Made by a program: the position numbers and the translations under genes. A DNA stretch of 64,000 bases, taken from positions 5,890,001 to 5,954,000 of the forward strand of contig NC_089429.1 of assembly GCF_026210795.1 (NCBI RefSeq). Direction: 5' to 3'. Below are positions 1 to 14,039 of the stretch, in pieces (positions within the stretch are counted from its first letter, which is position 1; every line of letters starts with the position of its first letter). Origin of the DNA: Rhizophagus irregularis. Its lineage: Eukaryota. A model generated the notes under the pieces. The model was not told the DNA's origin. It did no database searches and saw only the letters and a program-made list of their open reading frames with translations.

Positions 1-2695
1 CTCGCTTTTATATCTCAGTAAGGGTGGTTTTTTTGACAGACATTTTTAGAGACATATGGAACATATGGCTGATTTTAATGTTATTATATAATGATGAAAT
101 CATCATCTTTTTTCGTTAATTTAGATATATGACAGGAATCCAATAATCTACTTTTTATTCTATGGGGTTTGCATCATGCACTATTTTCTTGTAAATATAA
201 TCTCCTTAAAAAATCTTCCCCAACTATACTAATTTAGGATTATTGACTAAACAAATGTTCACATGCTTTTAACTGATTTAACTTATCTTAAATGCATTAA
301 TGTATTTAATTAAGTGTAATAAAAGCGAAACAAGAGCATTACATTTGAATTTATTGTAATTATAGTTCGTAGCAATCACTTATACAAAATAATTTGATTT
401 TTTTAATAGAATTATTAGAAATCAAATAATGTTATTTTCAGAAATGTATAAAAACACCATAATATATACAAATAATAAATTAATCTATCTATTTTAATAA
501 TTAACCGTTTTATTGTTATTGGTCAATAGTCACATGAATGCACTTATGAAGGGTATTCCAATATACCCGAGACTCAGAATTGCTTGCACATGCAGAATAT
601 AGAAGGAGTGCACTTAGCTTTAAGTTCCAAGCTTGGGACCGGACTATGATGTGCATATAAAGAGGGAGTGCACTTATAGAGGATGCTATTATGGAGGTGT
701 TACTGTATATATAAATTCCGGCATTTGTAAAATTTACCAGAAATCTGTTATGTCATGTCCAAAAAATTTCTGAATTTAAAAAAATAACTGGATTTATTAG
801 AAATTTTTCAGAAAATCTGGCAAATTTTGAATAGATTTTGTACAATGACTCTACGCTATACCTTCAAGTACTAAACAAAATTTAAAAATTCTGTTTTTTG
901 TAAATATCTTATGATTTACCAATTCAATTTGAGCAATCATTTTTTTTTTTTATTTTGAAGAGCTCAATGAGAACTATCAAATAAAAAAAAGATTACTCAA
1001 ATCTGATCACTAAATCACAAAATAATTGCAAAATATTCTTCTAAATACTATACAATTCTATGAAATTTTTCAAGAAGGATACCATATATAGGGGGGTATA
1101 AAGATGTTAGCTATAATTCAAAAAAGTATCATAATATAAAATTTTTATATGCTATAATTAATTAAGGCTATAAAAATCTTATAGCCATAATTTAAAATTT
1201 TTTAAAAAATAATTAAGGCTAATATCTTTAAAGGGTACTATAACCCACGATATATGATATATTTTTATTTTTTTTTTATTTTTTTTTATTAATTATACTT
1301 AAAGGAATCACAATAATATATTAATACAAAGGAGAGATCAGATCTTTAAAAAATCCTAAACGATCGAAAAAATTGCTTACCCGCTGCTGACGTGCAATGG
1401 TAAATATATCCCATGAGTATTACACCATACTAAAAAAAGGAATCAGTAGTTAAGGACTCTGAACAATATATATAAAGGTAGGTTTTGAGTTTGTTTAGCC
1501 AACATATAAAAATTTTTCCTATGTGAGATTTATTATTGCTTATTTGATAACATAATTTTTAAATAGTCAGATATAATTATATGTAGCAAAGTATTAAATT
1601 ATTAATAGTCAGATATATATTTGCATAGCAGGATAGAATTTTTTAATATATGGCATAATTTCAGCCAGAATTAAAAGATTTGCAAAGAATTTCCTTTTTT
1701 GGAAATTTGAGCAATACAATTTTTTTAATTTCTCTAAAAAGTAACAGAAGATAAAATTTCCTTTTTTTAGTTTTGTGTAATATTGGTGACGAATAGGAGT
1801 AGGGTTACACAATTCAAATGACTTATTTATATGGTTAATCTAAACATAACGCCTACGTGATTGCAGTATTTTTTAATATATAGATAGATATATAGATATA
1901 TAATATAATATATCAGATATATTTACATTTTTCACATTAAAAAAAATTAATAAAATATGTAAACAAAGTTATAAATATGTTTGAGTAGAAAAAATTTACT
2001 ATTTTTAATACGAAAGAATAAGTTAATTGTATACGTAATACAGGAAACATTTTTAGACGTGATTGTGTAATGTGTTTTTGATAAAACAAATATGCGTCCA
2101 TATAACATTAAAATTATAAATCATATACGCATTTAAAAAATATATATTAAAAATGAGAGCAACAGGTGGGTGTGAAAGGAAAAATAAGTGGTTTTCTGTT
2201 TTTTTATAATTTTACACTATAATTTTAATTTTGTAATAATCAATAAAAGTTATTTCATTTTTACTTAGAAAATTTTTTAAAAATATTTTTTTTGACAAAT
2301 TTTACAGTAAATTTTAAAAATAAAAATTTCGCGTATTGGTGGCGTTACAAAAACATGAATAAATCCATAAATATCTATTCAATCATGATAAAAATTTATA
2401 TGTAAGTAGATTCGAACCTGCTGAACAACTTTACTTAAGAAGAAGGTTTTGGATGTTTTCTTTGACTAAAGTGCCTAAATTACGCTCTGAAGTTACAGAA
2501 CAGATATACGAAATATTTATAAGAAACATTTATAAGTTGTAATATTACAAAAAAATAATAATAGCTTTATCCATACATTATTTCAAAAATTTTTGTTTTT
2601 TTAGTTTTTTTTATATACATATTTTATAGAAAAGATTATATATAAATATAAATATGTCATAAAATAAATTGCTTAGCAGTATAAAAAATTTATAG

Positions 2696-3030
2696 CACTG
2701 GTCAAAATCGAGATTATCGGGTACATATCGGGTGTGCAATATGTGCCCGATATGTACAAGAAAGGAGGGTAATATACAACGTATACATACGTATCGGGTA
2801 TCTGATACGTGTGGTGTTTATGCGTAAATTTGGAGATATAGTAGAATATCGGACATACAGTATATGATACACTTATCAGATAACCGATATTCTTTCTATA
2901 ATAAATATCAGATAGATACCAGTCAGTGCTGATAGGTACCAAATACATGTCAGAAATGTGTCTGATAAATATCCGTATGTCAGTATTCGACATGTATAAA
3001 ATATATAATATATCAATGACGGTCATTGTA
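2696..3030 (+). mobile_element. Terminus of a CACTG-ended (CMC/EnSpm-type) DNA transposon with ATATCGG-rich subterminal repeats
   Basis: Starts CACTGGTCAAAA, the same terminus as the MITE at 5664-5958, and is followed by repeated ATATCGGG/CCGATAT motifs. No matching right end with a TSD was found. Confidence 0.6.
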
Positions 3031-3799
3031 TCCACACACCTAATTTAATATATAATAATATATCAATGACAATTATCGTTTAATACAGGATTTTATGATA
3101 TTTATCATAGTATTTTAGCAGTTCATTGTATATGGAATCAAATTAAATATAATATTTATTTATTAAAAAAATATTTTTTAAAATGTAAAAATTAATAGTC
3201 ATTTTTCATTATAGGTAGTTTTAATTTTTCTAGCGAATACCACTTTAAAACAATTTAATTTTTGCATCTTGTCGGGATCGAAACTGTTTTAGAAAAATTA
3301 TTAAATATATATTAAATATATAAAAATTTATTATTAATTTTCTTAAAATTAAAAAAAGCTTACCTTTTAGGAAGTTGATAGAAATTTTTTACTCTTCATT
3401 TTTTGAAATAATACTAGGGAAATGGTAAGTCTGAAGCGATAAGCCACGTGATCAGTATCTAGAACCCGTTCTCCAAAAGTAAATTTGCAAAGAAACTTTG
3501 ATTCTGACACCCAAGATCTATAAAAAAAATGTAATTTGGTATCCATTATCAATCACCAGAGGCCAGAATCTATTTGTTATAGAGAAAATAAATAAACTGT
3601 TAACAAAATCATTTTTTAGAAGCTCCCAAAAATACATTCAAAACTTACCCAGGTTCAAAATTCAGAATTCCGGGATCTATAAAAAAAATTGAAACGTTGT
3701 AAACGGTCGAATATCAAGCATGAAAAGATGATAAAATTCAATCACCAAATGCAATTGCCAAATATTAAGAACAAACAAATTGATTATGAATTGGCGTAG

Positions 3800-4775
3800 A
3801 TGGATAAATAATTAGCCGAAAAGGATAAACATTTAGGAAGAGTAATGATCTACATGATGTAATATTTATCAAATGATTGACAAAGAACCAATAGGATAAA
3901 TAGAGTCGATCAATTGCGGCTTAGCAATCTTTAACAATAAGAACGATTAGAAAGAATAATTATAAGCCACAAAAGATGGATTATAAGCAAAACACATGAA
4001 GCGGATTGAAAGAACATATAAAATAATGTTGGAAAGATTAAAGAACATAAAATAATATAAAAGATAATATAAAAAGATAATACAAAGATGCTATAAAAGA
4101 TAATATATATATATATATAAGATAGCATATTAAAAGACAGTGTATTTAAAATATAGATAGTATATTAGAAAGATAGTTCAAAGATAATATGTAAAAAGAA
4201 CATAAAAGATAGTATATAGATAGAATAGAAAGTAGCATAAAATTTGTATAAAAAGAGAACGGAATTCAAAATAATTCCACAGTTCTCATCCACAGAACTC
4301 AATAAAAATATAAGTTAAATTTAATTATTTGTTAATGAAGTATATTATTAATTAAAGGTAATAGGTTCGCCCTAAACTTTAATTAATGTTCGCTTAATTA
4401 ATTTTAATTGAATAACATGGAAATTTAAGATGAATTAAATATACACTTTTGAAAAGTAATAATTCGTAGCAAGAGCTATCGAAGTTTGAAATTAAAGGTA
4501 AAAGTGGATATAATTTGGGGAAAATTTAGAGAAGTTAATTTTATTTTATATCGTTTGATGTTTTATATTACTAACGCTATTTATGTCGTGAACCAAGAAT
4601 GTTGTTGTATATTGTTCGTTGATTATGTTGTTTGTTAATTATGTTGTTGATTAATCGCTCGTTCGTTTAATTGTTCGTTCGTTCGTTCATTTGTTCGTTC
4701 GACCATGAGAATGCCCGTTCGATGTGGCAACTCTGTAAATTGATGACAGAGGGAATTGGGAGATCTCAACGTTAA
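3800..4775. repeat. Dispersed repeat, homologous to 48570-50455 (unclassified mobile element remnant)
   Basis: Shared colinear blocks include AAAGGATAAAC..TTAGGA, AATGATCTACATGATGTAAT, GGCTTAGCAA, AGCCACAAAAGATGGAT, AAGGTAATAGGTTCGCCCTAAACTTT and GAGATCTCA. Confidence 0.8.
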
Positions 4776-5663
4776 TAAAGCAATTCTTTAATAAATATGC
4801 AGTTCTTTAATAAAATATAAAGCTTTAAAGTTTCAAAATATCGAAACTTACCATAATGCTATCTGTCACCCAAGGATAGAAGGCCAAAACCTACAAAAAA
4901 AAAGGAAATATTAGTAAAACGCTTCCTATAAGAAGTTCTGAAATATCGAAACTTACATATCGTTCGCCAAAAAATGAAGTCTGGAATCTACAAAAGTCAA
5001 AAAAAGAAATGTCAGCACATCTCTTAAAGTAAATTCCGAAACCTCAACTCAAAAAAATCAATGTACCATCATTATCCTAAAAGCTGTAACCTACAAAATC
5101 AAAATCAAAAAAAGGAGTCAGCACATTTCTTAAATTCAATTCCAAAATTTCACTCAAAAACAATAGCTTACCGCGTTTTAAAGGAGTTCAAAAATATGGA
5201 ACCTGCATAAATTAAAAAAAATGACAGTGCATTTCTTAAAGTCAGTACGTTTCTTGTAAGTAATGGCAAAATCATTCCCAACTTACCTCCAAAAGTCCTC
5301 GCCAGAACATAAAAAACAAAAAAGTACGCTCCTAGCTAACACTAGTGAATTCTCCAAATAAAACTAACTTCTGTTTTTTTTCTAACTCAGCCTTTCCAGT
5401 CTTGTTACTTCTGTAAAAAGAAAAAAAAAGGAACGTTAAGAACCATTCATTAAAATAAAAAAAAAATTAAAGAAAAAAAAGAAAAGAAAAACCTACCAAA
5501 ATAGCTTTTTTTTTCTTTGTACAACTTATTTGTTTTGATTATCAATGTGATAACGTGACGCTGGAGCTTATCAGTATACAGGTAAATCATCACATCTCAA
5601 TTAACCGATCGAGATAATTACGTATAATATAAGAACCAATTAAACTTCGACTCAAAGAACAAC

Positions 5664-5958
5664 CACTGGTCAAAAACCAATATATCGGGTAGCAGATATG
5701 TATCAGATATATACCCAATATGTGTAGTATTAATGCAGAAAATCGGGTACCCGATATGTGTAAGATATGTGTAAATATATATATTGTCTACATATCATTT
5801 ACATATCATATACATATCAGTACCCGATATGTATATGATATATATATTTACATATATCTTACACATATCGGGTACCCGATTTTCTGCATTAATACTACAC
5901 ATATCGGGTACATATCTGATACATATCTGCTACCCGATATATTGATTTTTGACCAGTG
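5664..5958. mobile_element. Palindromic CACTG-type (CMC/EnSpm) MITE, 295 bp
   Basis: Termini CACTGGTCAAAAA...TTTTTGACCAGTG. Nearly the whole element is a self-complementary fold-back. 3-bp TSD AAC at 5661-5663 and 5959-5961. Confidence 0.92.
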
Positions 5959-5959
5959 A

Positions 5960-6670
5960 ACGGGAAATTTTATACCACTACGGTAGAATCCTTCGCTACG
6001 CTCCGGACTAATTAAATTCCTTTGTAAACATTTACCCTCAGTTTCAATGAACTTGTGGTCGTAACTGAATTTGACATTTATATAGTCCACGTCAAATGGG
6101 CTTCAAGTGTATTTCTGTCAATACCAATTAATTGAAGATAAACTGATAAATTACTAACTTGTCACTTGATTAAGAAAGAATGTTAACTATTAAATAAAAC
6201 TCTAAATATATATATCAATAAAATAATTTTAATTTAACCTTAATTCAAAAATGTTATATATAGTGGTGACTGTGATGGATTTGATTGCAATGGCGACGGC
6301 GGATTTATAAGCGTTTGTCGCTCCCTAATCAAAATAATATTAATTAACACAGTAAACATTAAAAATTATAAAATAACTTACATCATAATCATGAAATCAT
6401 CTCTTTCATGAATAATTCTTACTTTAAAAGCTTAATTAAAATTTAATATTTTGTTTCGTGGTCCTATCAAAGTTTTTTATCTTTTACATAATTATAAAAC
6501 CTATCTCTATCTGTTTTGTCCTCAAAAATGTATAAAACCAAACCTTTAAATAATAATATAATTAGAATTACTATAAAATTAAATGATTTACATGTACTAT
6601 TTATTTTTTTTACTTAACCCCCATTCTTCTTAAGTTTGTTTAAATGAAAAATTCAGAATATTTCTAAGAA
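5960..6670 (-). pseudogene. Degenerate spliced RRM-like gene, homologue of 14040-15070
   Basis: Exon translations ..EWG|FGFIHF~EDKTDRDRFYNYVKDKK~LIGPRNKILNF, ..PSQSPLY~NIFELR and ..INVKFSYD..EGKCLQR match the 14040-15070 gene exon by exon. Contains frameshifts, and the MITE sits at its 3' end. Confidence 0.7.
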
Positions 6671-7783
6671 GAAATAAGGTAGTCTCCTGTGAAGGAAGGA
6701 AAAAAATAAGGTTGCTTCTTTTGAAGGAAGGAAAAATAGAAGGGAAAAATAAACTATATATATATATGTGTGACAAATCTATGTAACTTATAATTTTGAA
6801 TCTTTTTCAAATAAAACCTAAAGTCCTTACATGTACCAAAAAATCATATGATTAATCCATATGGTGACATTTTTTATTCTAAAATGAAAATATGTGTAAA
6901 AGTTAATAATAACTTTTGAAATATTATGCCTGTAAAGTTCTATATACCCATTTTGCTATGTGCGTGAAATTATGAAAAGGCTTAGTTAGTCCTTAAAAGA
7001 ACCAGAAGAAAAATCAAAAACTGAAAAGGTTGCGATGTAACTTATTCTTCTTCTAATGGCTTACGGTAGCTATATATATGTTGATAGTAAAAGCACGTGT
7101 TTTTGCAAATAAACAGAAAAACATCAAGTGTATGGGCGCATTGTCTAGGGCTTTCCTTTTTTGGTATAAATACATGTGTCCAAAAAATGCGATTTGCTAA
7201 TAAAAATGAATCACGCTAAGAAAAGAAGCCAAACTAAAATAAAAAGTCACGCTAGCTTGATATTGTTACCGATTACTCAAATAATCAGTGCGCAGTTTAA
7301 TGCCTATTGTGCTAAATAACCAGTGCTTTGGTGGCAATGATTATTACGAATTTTACAGTGCTTTTTTAATGCATTGATTTAACTTACTGATGAATTTAGA
7401 ATTGAGCACGAAGCACGAATTCAACATGAACGAAACGAGCAAAAGAACGAATTCAACACGAACAAAACGAGCAAAAGAAACTTAGAAATCAAATAATCAA
7501 ACAAATTTTTTTGCCCATGAGGTACAATCAGGGTGAAATAATCTTAAGAATATAAATTTAAAGCAAAAAATCTTCCTAATGATCCCAACCAAAAATGAAT
7601 ATACATTGCAAGTGTTTTTTCTATTTGTTTTTTATATCTTTTGAGCTAAAATTTTATATAATATTTATTCAGAAAATTTATTTCTTTATAAGGGCAGTGA
7701 CATACGTTAGTTTTTTACATTCCTTCCCACCCCTTAAAATATTAGATAATATATGTCACTATTATAAATCAAAAAAAAATATA

Positions 7784-9262
7784 TCATTTTGATTTTTTTG
7801 ATTTACGTTTTTTTGATTCTTTTTTATGATATTTTCTTTTCTTTCTCTTATGTTTTTTGGAACTTTCTACCCTGTTATTGTTGTTGTTATCAATATCAGG
7901 AGGATTGTTGTAATCATCATCATCATCCCCATTATAGCTATCATTTTCAGAATCCCAGTCATAAATCGGTACTTCAGTCGAGCGATTAAGCCTTTCAAGT
8001 GCTGCTTTATTTAGACACCAACTAGGTGCTCCATTTGGTGGCGTGCCAGTTTCTTGTACATTACCATCAATCCTTTTGTACTTTAAAGTTGTTTGCTTCG
8101 TTCTTAACAAATTGACCGTTGGATCGATTCTTTTATGTAATAAAAGACGAAGCTTAAAATATAAAATAAATAAAGAAATTATAAATTAAATTAATAATAA
8201 TATCCGTTTTTGATAAATGTGTGTGATAATTATATACACATTAAAAATTAGTAAAATAATGTAATATACATACTTCTGGGGAGCGCCACCATTTATCATA
8301 TATATATATAGACGTTGTTTTGGTTTTGACCGCTTCTTTTACAATTAACTCTTTTTCCAGCCACAACTCCAGATTATTAATGTCTATTTCGTCTGGATCA
8401 TCGCAAGGATCAAGTGGTTCTTTAATTTTTTCAACTACCGCCGGTATTGTGACTGGCCATTCGCCCTCGGGGTCTGTCTCTTCCCATTCTTCCAAATGGT
8501 ATGATGTTTCTTTCAATATGTTAATTAAATCTTTTTTAGGATACCTATTAATATAATTGTCATTGTTTTGAATAAGATAATTCGCTGCAACAACTCTTCT
8601 TTTCTTTTTCTATAATAACATTACAAATGTAAAAAAAAATATTATTAGTTATCTAATTATTGTTATCTAATTATTATTCCTTTTTTTTTGCTACTTACAT
8701 CCTGCATCTTTGAGTTTTTCGCAGTTCTTCTTTTGTTATTCTTTATTTTTTCTTCGCCTTGGATTCTAATATTATATTCTCGATGGCGGGAGTGCCAACG
8801 TCTATAAAGCATATCTAATAGTTCTTTATTTGTTACTTTATATCTTTTATCAACCAGTTTGCGAAGTGCTGGAAGTAGCTTCGTAACTATCTCATCTTTC
8901 TGTTCTGCCCAAGTAATCTTAATATCTATTTCAAATATGTCTTTTAAGTTAGAATCAACCCAAATAAACACCTCTTTCTATAAAATATATGTAAAAACAA
9001 ATAAATACACTAATAATAAAAAAAAATATTTATTCTAACAAATAAATATATAAATACTTGCTTTAAGTCTTTTGTAGGATCTTGAGTCTAAATACTTAAC
9101 AACTTTTTCTGAAGATGATGAACTTGCAGACTCTTCTTCAGAAGATGATGAACTTGCAGACTCTTCTTCGGAAGATGATGATGAGCTTACAAATTCATCA
9201 TCTTCAGATGATGAAGAATCAGTTCCACTGGTTGTATTTCTGTGCACGTTCTTTTTCGCCAT
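7784..9262 (-). CDS. Four-exon transposon-accessory protein (Ser/Glu-rich N-terminus, WRS..PP..APSW motif, Lys-rich tail)
   Basis: ORF pieces 9035-9262, 8663-8971, 8241-8516 and 7784-8110 are separated by AT-rich introns. The first donor is probably GC. One apparent 1-nt frameshift lies near 8600. Divergent from the transposase fragment at 9716. Confidence 0.6.
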
Positions 9263-9506
9263 TACTATCGATCCTACTAATTTATATAGGAATAATATAG
9301 GAATAAAAAGTTTTTACATAAAATGACTTAACTAATAGCTGTTATATTTAGCGCATATATAAAATGTTTTTTTACCTGGCACTTATTTGATTGTTATATA
9401 GGTTTGACTATATTTTGTACTCGATAAAAGTTTCGCTTCCTCCCAAAAAAGACGTACCCTTTTTAAATAAAAAAATGTGATCACATAAAACGCGTAAAAA
9501 ATAAAT

Positions 9507-9622
9507 GCAAGATCTTCAAAGCGCATTCGTGCGATTAGCAATAACTTTCAAAGCGCGTTTGTACGATTAACAAGATCTTTTAGAGCGCGTGTTAAAAAAT
9601 AAGCAAGATCTTAAAAGCGCGT
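9507..9622. promoter_or_regulatory. Four ~31 bp CAAGATCTT..AAAGCGCG repeats in a putative bidirectional promoter
   Basis: Repeats are directly visible between the divergent ATGs at 9262 (-) and 9716 (+). A regulatory role is inferred. Confidence 0.45.
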
Positions 9623-9715
9623 ATGACTAAAAAGGTAATTATATCGATTTCTTTCAACTCGCGTTTCTCTCTTTAAATAATTAGCTATTTTTAATAACAC
9701 ATAATTAGCAAACAA

Positions 9716-10250
9716 ATGAGTAATAATAATAATACCAAAAACTCTATAACTGATTTAATAAAGCCCAAAAAGAAGTATGTATATCCATGTCATTGTGTTC
9801 TTTGTAAAGGCGCAGAAGTTGATCCTCATACACAAGAGAAACATACAAGAGATAAAATTTTGTGGAGATCAGATGATGATGATTTAAGAAGAAATCAAAT
9901 AAATGCTATTGCAGCAAGAAAACAAAATAAACCTCATATTATCTTAGTTGAAAAAAACCTTGCGGGAGCCAGCTCAACTAAGAAACGCAAAAGAGACGAC
10001 AACCAGCAAATATCGCCCATTGAAAACTCAGCCGATTTAAGTATACCAAATGCATTTTTAAGTCCCATTATGTCATCATGTTTGGTTACACTAAAAAATC
10101 CACAACCGGATACTACATTAGATAACATGGTAAATGATGCATCAAAGTCCAAATCCTCATATTTTCATGATCTAGAACCTAACAATGAAAATAATAATGA
10201 GTATGATGATAATATTTGGGAAATGGAGTATGATGATGATATTAATAATA
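9716..10250 (+). pseudogene. 5' part of a probable EnSpm/CACTA-like transposase, truncated by the element starting at ~10251
   Basis: N-terminal PCHCVLC..VDPHTQEKH (CxCxxC..H) followed by an acidic stretch. The ORF tail (NILYRNLENL..) is read-through into the inserted terminus and recurs in ORF 43755-43964. Confidence 0.55.
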
Positions 10251-10354
10251 TACTTTACAGAAACCTTGAAAATTTGAGCGATGTTGAATTGATATGGATA
10301 CGATATAAATTTCATGTCATAATGGTATCAATTTCCGTGATGATATTGTTATAA

Positions 10355-10955
10355 TGTTGATTCGATATCGTTACTTCATCACCATAATTTATCGCGAAAA
10401 TATCGTGGCGATATCTATTTAAAAGAATATCAAATCGGCACAGTCTTGATATCATTACGATGTCAGTAATTTCAAAAAAAAAAGATGTAGTATTTTCGAT
10501 ATTGATTTGATATCGTCACTTCATCACCATAATTTATCACGAAAATATCGGGACAACATTTATTTAAAAGAATATCTGATCGGTATAGTCTTGATATCGT
10601 TACGATATTGTTAATTTCAGGGGAGAAAAAAGATGTATTTACGATATTGATATGATATCGTCACATTATCACCATAATTTATCGCGAAAATATCGTGACG
10701 ATATCTATTCAAAAGAATATCAAATCGGCACAGTCTTGATATCATTACGATATCAGTAATTTCAAAAAAAAAAGATGTAGTATTTGCGATATTGATTTGA
10801 TATCGTCACTTCATCCCCAATTTATCACCAAGATATCATGACAATATCTATTCAAAAATATCTAATCGGCACAGTCTTGATATCATTACGATGTCGGTAA
10901 TTTCAAATAAAAAAAAAAGTATTTACGATATTGATTTGATATTGTCACTTCATTG
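10355..10955. repeat. Left subterminal tandem array, ~145 bp x 4
   Basis: GATATCGTYACWT.ATCACCATAATTTATC-like motif recurs at 10364, 10509, 10654, 10799 and ~10938. Confidence 0.9.
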
Positions 10956-11689
10956 CCGCAACTCATTTGTGGTATCGCAACTCATCCGCAATACCGTAAA
11001 TATTAAACTTTATTTTTTTATAAATTAATAAAAAACTTTTAAATGTATAACGTGCTGTCATATTAATAAAATAAAATTCTGATATTTTATGCGATTTTGA
11101 GAAGCTATTACTGATAGAGTTGCGTTTTACCTTCTAATTTTAACATTGCATCCTTAAAACATACGAATATCGTCAAAAAATCCATGATTTCTCAATATTG
11201 ATTTTATTTGTGATTATCTAGAATTCAATTAAGTAATATTTTTAAGTAATATACATTAGTTATCTCAAAAAGTAACTTCTTCTTAATAGACTTAGAGAAT
11301 ACAATGTTGCAAAGCATCTTTTAACGCCAGATTGAGCTTGTGCATTCATACACCGTCATCCACCTTGTCTCCACGTACGATTTTAGACCTCCTCCTTGTA
11401 TATTTTTTAATTGAATAGCGCTTTAAGTAATGCCGCGCCTATAGCCGAATTTTTGAAAAATCTTGTGAGATTACATTTGCGCATTTAATCATGTCAGAAC
11501 TGATTAAATTAACGCAGCGCGCAATGCACCGTATATCGAGAATTGATGGATGATTTTGAGAGATAATTCGGCGGTGTGGTCCCATAGAGCTGATAAAATG
11601 ATCATGTGAATCTTAGAATAGATAACAAATAGAAGAAACAAAATTAAAATCAGAATATTAATAAAGAAATAATAATGAAATTTACCAAT

Positions 11690-11930
11690 CGTACAATTAG
11701 TTTCCTTAGCTAATTCATTATAGATTCGTAAATTTACACGAGCCAATTCAGCTTGTAATAACGTTCCACTTAAAATTTGTCGAGTTGGTAGTAGGTTGTA
11801 CGCTGGTTGTAAAGTTTTAATCATATCAATAAACCAAGGTTTTCAATAACACTAAATGGGATGCTACTCAATACTCATATCAAAAGCTTTAGTAACCGAA
11901 CGGTCAATAGCATCAAAATATCTCTTTTCC
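11690..11930 (-). pseudogene. Fragment of a hAT-like (DUF659-type) transposase; mirrored at ~42185-42425
   Basis: Translates as DAIDRSVTKAF..IPFSVIE~PWFIDMIKTLQPAYNLLPTRQILSGTLLQAE, with frameshifts. Confidence 0.6.
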
Positions 11931-12554
11931 AATTTGTTGTTTTTTTTGTTAAAATTTTGAATTGATGTATGTTCGTAATTTTGTCTTTGCTTTTATTTGG
12001 TGATTACCTCCAGTTTAATTAATCACGATATTGCAAATTAACTGTGATTAATTATGGTATTGCAGAATAATTGTAACGTTGCAGAATAAATGCGGTTGCG
12101 AAATTGCGAAAATTTAGACATCATAATTCGTAATGTTCGCAATATCATAACCGTCATCCTTAATTATAACAAAAAAAAAATTAATTTGCAAAAAATTAGA
12201 CTTTTGTTTATTTTATTACTAAAAGCATCATGTGGTATATTACAAAATTTCCTTGAATATTGAACTTCACGTGATATAAACCTACAATTAATCAAAAAAA
12301 ATCTTGATATCGCTAATATCGAAGCGGTATATCATGAAGACATCCCCATGGTTTTTTTTTTTGCTTTCCCTCCTACGTTCAAAAAAGATTTTTCAGAAAA
12401 ATTATAGATATTAAAAAATTGTTACGATGTGAAAACTGATAATTCCACGTGTATAAATATATATAATAATAAAAACATATAATACACAATATACCTTATT
12501 TCGCAATCGTGATTTTCTTTCATCATTACTACTCTCTTCATTATCAATGGAACG

Positions 12555-13850
12555 TCAGCGCCTATGTAATAGCGAGATAAGTCCAATGATCTTGCAACAT
12601 TTATTTTTTCAGCTACGAGCTGTCTTATCGTCTTTTTTTTAATTAAACATATAATCCAACAACATTTCGAAGAGCTTTTTTCATTTCTTCAGGTAATTCA
12701 TTTGAAACACACGTTAACCACTGACGAAATATAGCCAAAACTTCAAGGGGAAGATTGCGAAAATTAGCGCCAATACTACTACTATTTTGATACGCGCTAC
12801 CTATATTCAGCCACAATTCACTCCTCTTAAATTCCTAGCAGAATGGTCAAGATGCTGTACGAAGAAATAATGCTCTTAATTCAACGTATATGATGTTTGA
12901 TCCCCATTTGGGAGGGAACTATAACGTTGCTTTCTAATAATTCGCTCATCTATTTCTGACTTTATTCACTAGATCTTTGCTCTTGGGAAGGACTTCTGGG
13001 TAGTGACGGTCTTTAACAAAGTAACTCCAATTATTAATTAATAGTAGTTGTTCAAATTCGTCTCTATAATAAAAATTAAAATAGGTTCAAAATATATGAA
13101 TTATAAATATTACAGATTTATTATAATGATACGTAAATATATTTACCTTGGGAGTACGTGTTTGTGCATTTTCCAAACGCGGAGAACAATATGGAGAACT
13201 AGCCGGAGAAGATTCCATCGGAGTTGTTGATAATATAGGACTTTGGCTTTTCTTATATTGCCTTCCGGCAACCATATTGACGTATTCAGGAAAACAAGCC
13301 CAAACCGACTACTTAATTGCAAGATGATCTGACGCTTTACTCGTTATGTTCTCAATTCTTTCTTTTTTAACATTTCGTCTACAATTATTAGATAGATATC
13401 AAGGTAAGTGAATTATTCATATCATAAAAAGAAAGAATACTGAATATCAACTATAAGTCACCTATTTCTTTCTTGACCAATTTGAGGCGATGATAGATGA
13501 TAGAGCGATGATTGAGGTAGCGGCGACGATTGATACTCTTATAGCTATTGAGGTGTTGCGACCATTAAGGTTGAGATTGTTGAAGTTGTTGCGACCATTG
13601 AAGGTTGTTGAGGTTGTTGAGGTTGTTGAGGCCATTGAGATTGAGGTGGTTGCGGCCATTGAAATTGTTGAGGTTGAGATTGTTGAAATTGTTGAGGTTG
13701 TCGCGGCCACTGAAATAGAGTTTGGGGTTGAGATTGTTGCGGTTGTTGAGACTGAGGTTGTTGATATTGCGGTTGCGATGGCTGCCAATGTTTAATAAGC
13801 GAGCCTTTTTTACGAATTCCTTGTTCTTTATCAAAATCTTGAGAAGACAT
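12555..13850 (-). pseudogene. Q/P-rich spliced 'MSSQD..SLIKHW / ELRALFLRT' family gene, 3' exons decayed
   Basis: Starts MSSQDFDKEQGIRKKGSLIKHWQPSQP. A downstream exon reads FPPKWGSNIIYVELRALFLRT then hits stops. Paralogue of 19874-21672. Confidence 0.6.
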
Positions 13851-14039
13851 TTTAATGATAGTTAAAAAATGCAAGTCAAAAAAAAAACAAATATCTAAAT
13901 ATAAAAAAAAAAAGAAATAATTAATTGAATAAAAAAAAAAAATTTTTTTTATCCCTTTTTTTTTGCGTTGATCTTACCACATCATGATCGAAAAAAATTA
14001 ATTATTAGTTTTTAAATTATAAATTAAATTACAATTTTA

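Noticed and set aside
2696..5958. One element from the CACTG at 2696 to the CAGTG at 5958
   Set aside because: The flanks differ (TAG versus AAC), and 5664-5958 has its own perfect TSD.
13462..13834. Overlapping Thr-, Val- and Asn-rich ORFs (also 21180-21608, 25721-26409, 40280-40655)
   Set aside because: Shadow frames of low-complexity exons.
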